Assembly (NCBI GenBank): GCA_963976765.1
Contig: CAXBME010000026.1
Location: forward strand, 1-64,000
DNA: 64,000 bases
Direction of reading: 5' to 3'
DNA from: an uncultured Planctomycetaceae bacterium
Lineage (GTDB): Bacteria; Planctomycetota; Planctomycetia; Planctomycetales; Planctomycetaceae
Shown piece after piece: positions 56,690-64,000 of the stretch; the stretch's first letter is position 1, and each line of letters starts with the position of its first letter. Under the pieces are notes generated by a model. The model saw only the letters and a list, made by a program, of their open reading frames with translations, did no database searches and was not told where the DNA came from. The position numbers and the translations under genes are program-made.

Positions 56690-59062
56690 TCAGTCAGCGT
56701 TTGAGGCCACCAGACTGGCAGGCTTACCAATCGGTCCGGTGGTCAGCTTCCGTTCTGTCCATCGATCGAACCGTGTTCCTACGAGCGGATCGAGAAGGTA
56801 AAGAGTTCGGTGCTGGGTCGATCTTCGTCCTGCGGCCTGCTCGGTGAACTGTTTCGCCTCTTCGGTCTGCAGAATCGATTCAGACATCAGGTTCTTAATG
56901 CCGTTCCAGTTGGCAGGATCAAGCCCGACTTCCAGGCCCTGCCGAAATGCCGCAAATGAACGCTGCATCCACTCCTCTTTCAATGCAGCGTCCTTTCTCG
57001 CGATTGTGTGTGCAAGGCCGATATAGACGTCCGAAGCAACTTTAAACTTCGCAGGAACGTCGCGGCACTCTGCAAGCAGGCTGGCGATAAGAGGTTCATC
57101 AAACTTCTGGATGGGTTTGCCTCGTGGCCCTCGCCGCTGCCAGACGTAGGAATATGACAGAACCTGAAGCACATTCGCGATTGTCGGATCACCTCCGCGG
57201 ACCTTAGATTCTTCAAGAACTTCAATTGCTTCGTCGTATTTGCCACTTCGATAGAGGCTGTATCCGAGATTCGTCAGAACTTCGCGAGTATCAAGTCCGC
57301 CGGCAATGGCATCTTTGAACAGCAGAATCGCAAGCGAATGACTCTCGATGCCGGCGTGACACAGTCCACTTAAAGCTGCTTTTTCAGGCGTCCCGTCATT
57401 AAAGATCCCGGCTGCAGCACGCTCGGCCGTTTCAACATTGCCCAGATGGAAGTTGGCTCGAATCCACCCGAAAGTAGCGCCGTCGTGACCTTCGTCGATC
57501 TGTCTTGCTTTAAGGAAGAGTTGCTCAGCCTTCTCAAAGTCTTGAGCCGCAAATGCGTCGTACCCACCTTCCACCAGTTGTGCGAGCTTTGCCTCGGGGG
57601 TCAAGTCCGATTCGGCAATCGGATCATTTCCTCCAGGGGTCAGAGTGTTTGCGGCGTTCTGTGTTCGGTTCGAAGGTACGAAGGTCACAGCCAGAATCAT
57701 GGCCGCAGCGGTAAGAGTCAGTTTCAGGACCGCCGCCCGTCCGGTTGGCGTGGGGGAATCGGAAACACTCTGAGTGACTTCAGCGAGCCTGGCAACCAGG
57801 CTCTCGGCGCTCTGTGGACGTTGCTCCGGCTCGTAACTCAGGCATTCAAGAATCAACCGGTCGAACTCAGGTGAAACCTGCGGGTTGGTGAGACGGATGG
57901 ACTTGGGACGTTCACGCCGCCGCTCCAGCAGCATCAGCACTCCATCGTCAGCGGGAGGCGCAGCTCCGAAGGGGAGCCGCCCCGTGAGCAGTTCGTAGAT
58001 CGTTGCGGCAAGTCCATAAACGTCTGTCTGAGGCCCGATCGAGCTGTAGCCCTCTCCAGCGAATGCTCGAATCTGCTCGGGAGCCATATATGGCAATGTT
58101 CCACCGACGTTTGCCGGACTGGCAACAGCGTTCTGTCGGAATGCCACGTTGAAGTCGACCAGCGTCGGCTTCCCTTCCGCAGTGACCAGAACGTTGGTCG
58201 GTTTGAGGTCGCAGTGAACGATATTCTGAGCGTGGGATGCAGCGAGAGCCTCGGCCAGGTTGGACATCAGGTCTCTGGCCCACGTCGCAAATGACTTGCT
58301 TGCCCACGCCGGTACGGCGGAACTAATACTGTTTCGAGTTTTGATTTCATCCCACACCAGCGATGCCGATGTCGGCCGCTCACTTTGGCCAGCGGCACGA
58401 CGTAAGACGTCATTCAAAGTTGAGCGGCTTGTCAGCGGCATACAGATCGCGGTCATGCCGGATTCCGGGATCTGCCTGACGTAATGGACAGCGCCGATCC
58501 CGCTGTGCGTCAGCGTTGCCAGAGTCCGTGCTTCGTGCGTATCCTGGCGGCAGATTTTGACGGCGACTTTGCGGTTCTCGTATCCAAGTTCCTTCGCCAC
58601 GAATACTCGTGAGAAGCCACCGCGTCCCAGCGGTTCAACGAGTTGGAATCCTGCAATCTGATCGCCGACAACCGGCCATGAGGTGTTGTCTTCTTTTGGT
58701 GCCAGAACATTCTGGAACCAGCCGGTCATTTCCTGGAGTGCTTTTTCGAAGACAAGCGAGTCGAGCAATTGTGACCGCACGTCTGGAAACCGTTCAGCAA
58801 ACTCGGTTGCCGAAAGTTCTTCGCCAGCGTCCCTTCGCTCATTGAATTCTTCAATGGCGAGTTCAACAATCGCTCGGGGAGTTTCAAGAAGTTGCGGAAA
58901 TCGTTCCAGGGCAGCTTCCACACGAACGGGCTCGCCCTCCGGCCACTCCCAGATGACTCTGCTGACCAGACTGTGCGGTTCCGCTGGCAGTGTCTGCTCA
59001 AAATTGCGTTTACCGGTTGACGCGGCGACGCTTTTTCGGAACTTCTGCAGAAAGCTGATCAT
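56690..59062 (-). CDS. membrane Ser/Thr protein kinase with C-terminal TPR-like region
   Basis: LGRGGFSRV, VAVK, HCDLKPTN, VDFNVA, GGTLPYMAPE, a TM helix, and TPR-like NLGYSLYRSGKYDEA. ATGA overlap with the upstream ECF gene. Confidence 0.92.
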   Translation of the reverse strand: MISFLQKFRKSVAASTGKRNFEQTLPAEPHSLVSRVIWEWPEGEPVRVEAALERFPQLLETPRAIVELAIEEFNERRDAGEELSATEFAERFPDVRSQLLDSLVFEKALQEMTGWFQNVLAPKEDNTSWPVVGDQIAGFQLVEPLGRGGFSRVFVAKELGYENRKVAVKICRQDTHEARTLATLTHSGIGAVHYVRQIPESGMTAICMPLTSRSTLNDVLRRAAGQSERPTSASLVWDEIKTRNSISSAVPAWASKSFATWARDLMSNLAEALAASHAQNIVHCDLKPTNVLVTAEGKPTLVDFNVAFRQNAVASPANVGGTLPYMAPEQIRAFAGEGYSSIGPQTDVYGLAATIYELLTGRLPFGAAPPADDGVLMLLERRRERPKSIRLTNPQVSPEFDRLILECLSYEPEQRPQSAESLVARLAEVTQSVSDSPTPTGRAAVLKLTLTAAAMILAVTFVPSNRTQNAANTLTPGGNDPIAESDLTPEAKLAQLVEGGYDAFAAQDFEKAEQLFLKARQIDEGHDGATFGWIRANFHLGNVETAERAAAGIFNDGTPEKAALSGLCHAGIESHSLAILLFKDAIAGGLDTREVLTNLGYSLYRSGKYDEAIEVLEESKVRGGDPTIANVLQVLSYSYVWQRRGPRGKPIQKFDEPLIASLLAECRDVPAKFKVASDVYIGLAHTIARKDAALKEEWMQRSFAAFRQGLEVGLDPANWNGIKNLMSESILQTEEAKQFTEQAAGRRSTQHRTLYLLDPLVGTRFDRWTERKLTTGPIGKPASLVASNAD

Positions 59063-59709
59063 CTGGTCGCGTCCCTGTTGCTGTCGCCCTCTGACGGCTT
59101 GCGGCGATCAGATCGTTTTGCGTCGGCATCAGAATCATTACCGAACATTTCACGGAGCTGCTGAATCACACGTCGGATTCCTCTGCTGCTGCGGTCCGTT
59201 TTTGCAGCAATTTCGTCGCTCGTATGCCCCTGCCGGTGAAGTTCGAGAATGGTCCTTTTTTCGGTGGGAAGACCTTTAGTGCGGACATTCCATTCGTCAT
59301 CGATCGCCACCGCCTGGCTCGGCGTCAGATCGCTGGATAAGAGACCATTCTGACCATTGACTGCAGATTCAGGCAGATCGCATTCCCGGTAGATGTCGTT
59401 GCACTGGGCTCGCTGTTTGCGGTCGCGATCAATCAACTTGTTGCCGGCGACTTTTGCAAGGTACTGCATCAGGTGTTCCGGCGTGTCGATTTTTGCGACG
59501 CGATCAATGTCCGAAAAAATCGAACCCCACACCGACTGCATGCAGTCTTCCGTTCCGTAAAGGACTCGCATTTTGCGAGTTCGGAAACGTCTTCGGATGG
59601 CACGTGTGACGTGCCCTCCGTAGCGATCAACAACCTGTTCCGCTGCGTCGGCATCACCGTCGCCAAGTCGCCGCATCAACGACTTGAAGTCTTCTATACC
59701 GTCTTTCAT
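59059..59709 (-). CDS. ECF-type sigma factor coupled to the downstream kinase
   Basis: LMRRLGDGDADAAEQVVDRY, TEDCMQSVW, NKLIDRDR, TPSQ and GHTSDEIA. Confidence 0.85.
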   Translation of the reverse strand: MKDGIEDFKSLMRRLGDGDADAAEQVVDRYGGHVTRAIRRRFRTRKMRVLYGTEDCMQSVWGSIFSDIDRVAKIDTPEHLMQYLAKVAGNKLIDRDRKQRAQCNDIYRECDLPESAVNGQNGLLSSDLTPSQAVAIDDEWNVRTKGLPTEKRTILELHRQGHTSDEIAAKTDRSSRGIRRVIQQLREMFGNDSDADAKRSDRRKPSEGDSNRDATR

Positions 59710-60164
59710 GAGGAGTTGCCCGCAGTCAGAGACCTCAATATCTATCAGACAGGATTATCACGCGCGCAGTCTCAAATGTTCAACCCCATTACGGGAGATG
59801 GCGAGAAGACGCAAGTCGTTCATTTTCTATCGGGGGCCGTGTTCGCGAGGTCGTTTACGAGTGACGTTTGCTCGGTCAACAGCGGCGGTGGCTGCTGAGT
59901 TCGGAGTCGTGGCACGCAGTCAGCGGCTCTTCAGACCGTCAGTTTGTGGGCTGCTTCTGTAGGTGAATCAGTTCATACATGTCATGTTCAGCCAGTCGTC
60001 TCCTGGCGTCATCAAAATTGCAATCGGAAAATCCCGTACAATCCTGACAATCGTTACAGATTAACAAGCCAGTCCGACGATAACTGTCGCAAGAGTCATG
60101 GTCTTGTGCGTGGATTGCCGCGCCGGGACTGCCTCCGGAACCACCGAATGTCAGGGACTGACTG

Positions 60165-61904
60165 ATGCGGCGACATCTTTGGCTCGCAATTATACTGGGA
60201 ACGGTTTCATTCTTTGGAACCGTGGGGTCTGCACAGTCGCAGGGGATTTACCCTCCTGGCGGCGGCATGGGGCCCTACTCACCCGGTGCGACAATGGGCG
60301 GCGGCCCGGTTGGCGATTATGCAGGCATGGCACCTCCGGGAGGAGCTTACCCAAGCTACTACCAGCCGTACCCATCGATCAGCCCTTATGAACACGAGTT
60401 TAACCAGATCGCCAATCGTGGTGGAATCTGGGAATCGGAATCGCAAAACCGGCTCTCGTTGCCCAGTCGCTGGAAATTTCGTACCGAGTACGTACAGATG
60501 AGGGCTGAACGAGGCCGCAATCTCATCGGTAATCCGAACGCTCCGATCTACCGTGAACAGATCGCGCCAATTCTTGAAAACGCCGGTGGCAACGCGGACC
60601 TCGACGATTACGTCGACGCTCTGCGGGGAACGAACAACGGGATTGGCTTCAATCTGTACGACCCCGTCTCTGCCAAAGAACTTGACCGACCGGACATGCA
60701 GGGATTGCGACTGACGCTGGAAGCTGAAAACGCAGACGGCTCAGGTCTTGAGTTCTGGGGGCTCTGGGCGAAAGACCGCGATAACGAGTTTGATGCTCGT
60801 GATAACGTCGACGCAAGCCGAGGCAATCAACAGGCGTTTGTCGCCATGCTCATCAACGATCCGACGTTGCTGAACCTGACCAATCCGCCTGCCAACTTTC
60901 CGGACCCGATCGAGATTCTCCAGGCCAATCTTTTGAATCTCCGAGGGATTCCGCTGGACGATGGAACCATCACAACGCTGGCCGACGGGACAACTTTTGG
61001 TGGAGCCAGTGCGGTTTACGACCTTGCCTTCAAGGTTCGGACGGATATCGAAATGTACGGCACCGGCGTTCGCTGGAAAGCAATGCCAATCTACAAGACA
61101 TCGAGCTTGAACATTCGCCCGAATGCGGGAATTCGTTACACATCTGTGCGAGACCTGTTTGGCTTCTACGGAGTCGAAAGTGGCTTCCTTTACGATGGAC
61201 AATCGCAGGGAAACCAGCCAAATCTCCCTGACGTAAAGATTCATTCATTACCCAACGGCTTCGATGATGATGGCGACGGAATCGTCGACAACGCGGGCAC
61301 GATTGAAGATCAGCTTGGTGGTCAGGGTGGCGGTGGGGGCGGTACTCAGACTGCGACATTCAACAGCGAAATTGACTCCTTGTTCTACCCCATCACTTCG
61401 ATCCTGAACAACGAAATTGAATCTCACCTCGCGGGCCCCGAGCTTGGAATCAGCTACGATTTTGGTAGTGCCAAAGGCTTCAGGCTGGGGGGGGCGACGA
61501 ACGTGAGCCTTCTGATGAACTATCAGAAAATCAACCTTTCAGGAGACAACATTTTCATAACAACTCGACAGGCTGACCTGAACGTCCCGTCTCAGACGGA
61601 TGCCACACCAAATGATTTTCGCACGTCGGCAACTCACACCAGCGTTTCGCCAATGATCGAGCAGATGATTTACGGGGAAGGGCCACTCTTTCAGTACATC
61701 CCGGTTCTGAGACGCTCGAAGTTTCTGCGAAACGCAAACTTCCGAGCCGCTTACACGCTGACCATGATTGCTGAAATGACCCGAGCCAGCGACAGCATCA
61801 TCTGGCAGGGCAATCCATCGCAGAATATCTACCCCGGAATCCAGACCTCACGGTCAACGTTCCGAACGTCATCCTACGACTTTGGTATCTCGTGGAGCTG
61901 GTAA
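60165..61904 (+). CDS. putative outer-membrane beta-barrel protein (planctomycete BBP7-like)
   Basis: Signal peptide, Pro/Gly/Tyr-rich N-terminus, SHLAGPELGI and SVSPMIE, alternating beta-strand patterns and terminal beta-signal-like YDFGISWSW. Confidence 0.65.
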   Translation: MRRHLWLAIILGTVSFFGTVGSAQSQGIYPPGGGMGPYSPGATMGGGPVGDYAGMAPPGGAYPSYYQPYPSISPYEHEFNQIANRGGIWESESQNRLSLPSRWKFRTEYVQMRAERGRNLIGNPNAPIYREQIAPILENAGGNADLDDYVDALRGTNNGIGFNLYDPVSAKELDRPDMQGLRLTLEAENADGSGLEFWGLWAKDRDNEFDARDNVDASRGNQQAFVAMLINDPTLLNLTNPPANFPDPIEILQANLLNLRGIPLDDGTITTLADGTTFGGASAVYDLAFKVRTDIEMYGTGVRWKAMPIYKTSSLNIRPNAGIRYTSVRDLFGFYGVESGFLYDGQSQGNQPNLPDVKIHSLPNGFDDDGDGIVDNAGTIEDQLGGQGGGGGGTQTATFNSEIDSLFYPITSILNNEIESHLAGPELGISYDFGSAKGFRLGGATNVSLLMNYQKINLSGDNIFITTRQADLNVPSQTDATPNDFRTSATHTSVSPMIEQMIYGEGPLFQYIPVLRRSKFLRNANFRAAYTLTMIAEMTRASDSIIWQGNPSQNIYPGIQTSRSTFRTSSYDFGISWSW

Positions 61905-62052
61905 CGCAAAACAAGCTGGCCTCGGAAATGATCGGCTGATCCTGCACTAACCGTTGCAGACTCTGTACTGGAAGAAAACCAGTTATCGACAAAAACAGTA
62001 CGCCGCTCAGCAACAGATTGGCAGGCTGCGAATTCGATGGTATGGTGACCGA

Positions 62053-62793
62053 ATGAGCAATGCAGGCTTCGGCTCGCCTCATTCGGGGCGGTTTGCGACG
62101 ACGCGTTGGACTATGGTCCAGGCAGCTGGAGTTGGCGCGCCGGAGTCAAGAGACGCGCTGGCGGAACTTTGCTCGACGTACTGGTATCCGCTCTACGCTT
62201 ACCTGAGACGTCGCGGCCATCAGGCGATGGACGCTCAGGATTTGACTCAGGCGTTTGTGGCCTCACTGCTTGAACGCAGCGCGGTCGAGCGTGCCGATCC
62301 CGGGAAAGGTCGCTTTCGGTCATTCTTGCTGGGCAGCCTCAATAAGTTCGTTTCGGACGAGAAACGTCGGCAGCGTGCGCAGAAACGCGGCGGTGATCGA
62401 GAGATTCTTTCCATCAACGTCGACGCCGCCGAAGATCGCTACCGCCTGGAACCGGTTGACAAAGTCACGCCGGAAGCGATTTTCGAACGCCGCTGGGCAC
62501 TGACCGTTCTTGATGCCGCCGTCAGCCGATTGCAGGCTCAGTACGAACGCTCTGATAAGCGGGAACTGTTCGAAGCGTTGCGCGGACATCTTGGTGCCGA
62601 CAAATCGGTAGCCCCGAATCGCGAAGTCGCAGCAGCCTTGGGGATGCAGGAAGGAGCCGTCAAAGTGGCGGCTCACCGGTTGCGGCAGCAGTATCGCGAA
62701 GCTCTGCGGACAGAAATCGCTCACACCGTCACCAGTAGCGAAGAGCTGGACGACGAACTGCGACGACTCTTTCAGACATTGTCCGGCGGTTGA
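62053..62793 (+). CDS. ECF-type sigma factor (FxTTxW N-terminal type), upstream of a kinase
   Basis: FATTRWTMV, LCSTYWYPLYAYLRR, DAQDLTQAF, GRFRSFLL, QKRGG, FERRWA and AVKVAAHRLR. ATG 62053. Confidence 0.92.
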   Translation: MSNAGFGSPHSGRFATTRWTMVQAAGVGAPESRDALAELCSTYWYPLYAYLRRRGHQAMDAQDLTQAFVASLLERSAVERADPGKGRFRSFLLGSLNKFVSDEKRRQRAQKRGGDREILSINVDAAEDRYRLEPVDKVTPEAIFERRWALTVLDAAVSRLQAQYERSDKRELFEALRGHLGADKSVAPNREVAAALGMQEGAVKVAAHRLRQQYREALRTEIAHTVTSSEELDDELRRLFQTLSGG

Positions 62794-62826
62794 TCGAAAC
62801 CAATCCTCAAACAATTTCAGAATTCC

Positions 62827-62855
62827 TGTAACCACCCTGCCGAAATTCCTGAGTA
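62827..62855 (+). promoter_or_regulatory. candidate ECF-dependent promoter
   Basis: TGTAAC (AAC-type -35), a 16-nt spacer, then CTGAGTA, between the ECF and kinase genes. Inference only. Confidence 0.3.
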
Positions 62856-62942
62856 CCCGATATCAAGAGCCCGTCGATCCTGTTTCGGGGCAGTTCACGT
62901 GATCGTCAGCCGTCAGCCGTCGGCTGGCAGCGGGAAAATCTA

Positions 62943-64000
62943 ATGGCTGACCAGGAAACCTGTCCAAAATGCGGCGAGCCACTTCCGCCGGACGTCACGC
63001 CGGGACACTGTCCGAAGTGTCTGATGCAGGTTGCGTTTGAAAGTGAAGCCCCGCCGCTGAGCGGTCCCGCGACAACGTCGTCCGGGCAGGCCAGTCAGGC
63101 ATGGAACCTCGACCAGCTCTCATTGCTGTTTCCGGAACTGGAGATTATCGACCAGGTCGGCACCGGCGGCATGGGGGTTGTCTATAAGGCAAAACAGAAA
63201 CAGCTCGACCGACTCGTTGCCGTGAAGCTGGTGCGTCCCGATCTGTGCGACGACCCGGCCTTCGCCGAACGGTTTACGCGAGAAGCCCGCGCGATGGCAC
63301 GTCTCAGCCACCCAGCGATCATCAACGTTTTTGATTTCGGCCAGCGCGAGAACTTTTATTTCTTCATCATGGAATTCGTGGATGGCGCGAATCTACGACA
63401 ACTCGTCCGCTCCGGCGAACTTAACTCGAAGGCCGCACTGGCGATCGTTCCACAGATCTGCGACGCACTGCAGTACGCTCACGACGCCGGCATCGTCCAT
63501 CGAGACATCAAGCCGGAAAACATCCTGCTCGATAAATCAGGTCGAGTGAAAATTGCCGACTTCGGCCTGGCAAAACTCATCAAACCGCAACCGGACGACT
63601 TCACCTTGACCGGGACGAAACAGGTGGTCGGAACACCGCACTACATGGCGCCCGAGCAGTTCGAACATCCAACCGAAGTCGACCACCGAGCCGACATCTA
63701 CTCGGTCGGAGTCGTCATCTACGAAATGCTGACTGGCGAACTGCCACTTGGTCGGTTTGCCCCACCGTCGGAAAAAGTTCAGGTCGACGTGCGACTGGAT
63801 GAGATCGTGCTGCGAGCATTGCGGAAGGAACCGGAACTGCGCTATCAGCAGGTCACGGAAATTAAGACTGGACTCGAAGGAGTGTCTTCAACGCCTGCCG
63901 GATCGATGGCAGCCAGCTCGACGACTGCTGCAGAAGTTTCTCTGGCGGGGATGCGATTTCAGTTGAACGATTTGCAAATTCCTGGCTGGGGCCTGATCGG
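62943..64000 (+). CDS. Ser/Thr protein kinase with N-terminal zinc ribbon (partial, runs off the window end; absent from the ORF track)
   Basis: Hand translation from ATG 62943: MADQETCPKCG..CPKCL, VGTGGMGVVYKA, VAVK, HRDIKPENILL, DFGLAK and GTPHYMAPEQ. Confidence 0.92.
   Translation, partial: MADQETCPKCGEPLPPDVTPGHCPKCLMQVAFESEAPPLSGPATTSSGQASQAWNLDQLSLLFPELEIIDQVGTGGMGVVYKAKQKQLDRLVAVKLVRPDLCDDPAFAERFTREARAMARLSHPAIINVFDFGQRENFYFFIMEFVDGANLRQLVRSGELNSKAALAIVPQICDALQYAHDAGIVHRDIKPENILLDKSGRVKIADFGLAKLIKPQPDDFTLTGTKQVVGTPHYMAPEQFEHPTEVDHRADIYSVGVVIYEMLTGELPLGRFAPPSEKVQVDVRLDEIVLRALRKEPELRYQQVTEIKTGLEGVSSTPAGSMAASSTTAAEVSLAGMRFQLNDLQIPGWGLI

Noticed and set aside
59909..59926. sigma54-like TGGCACGCAGTCAGCG upstream of the beta-barrel gene
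   Set aside because: The GG-N10-GC spacing is right, but the -12 element (CAGCG versus TTGCW) is poor, so it is too weak to call.

Overview
This 64 kb window comes from a planctomycete chromosome, most likely Planctomycetaceae. The evidence is a DUF1549/DUF1553-DUF1501 pair, a TIGR04138-type small protein, ECF sigma/Ser-Thr kinase pairs, a LEPRxLL-like giant exoprotein and a PVM microcompartment locus. Left to right it contains: (1) a strong leftward sigma70 promoter with a boxA element at the left edge, probably an rRNA leader; (2) miaA and epmA, a YkgJ-family protein, a vWA protein, an orphan ECF sigma factor and an M28/PDZ peptidase; (3) a small secreted Tyr/Gly/Ser/His-rich protein behind a sigma54-like promoter, a PIN/TRAM protein, a small CxxCH protein, a metzincin-like protein, the DUF1549/DUF1553-DUF1501 pair and a TPR protein; (4) a complete 12-gene PVM-type bacterial microcompartment operon (19.3-28.3 kb), with inverted-repeat elements in 9 of its 11 intergenic gaps, facing a divergent glycoside-hydrolase-like gene and a frameshifted esterase-like remnant; (5) a 1567-aa repeat/RTX exoprotein, an Asn-synthase-like/CBS/NRAMP-like cluster, a kinase-WD40 protein, a DnaJ-class chaperone, an isochorismatase-ThuA fusion, a DUF1080 fusion, a Gfo/Idh/MocA oxidoreductase, an HD hydrolase and TrkH; (6) two ECF-kinase modules flanking an outer-membrane beta-barrel-like gene. 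No tRNA, CRISPR array, transposase, integrase or reverse transcriptase was seen. All product calls come from recognising motifs by eye; no database search was run.
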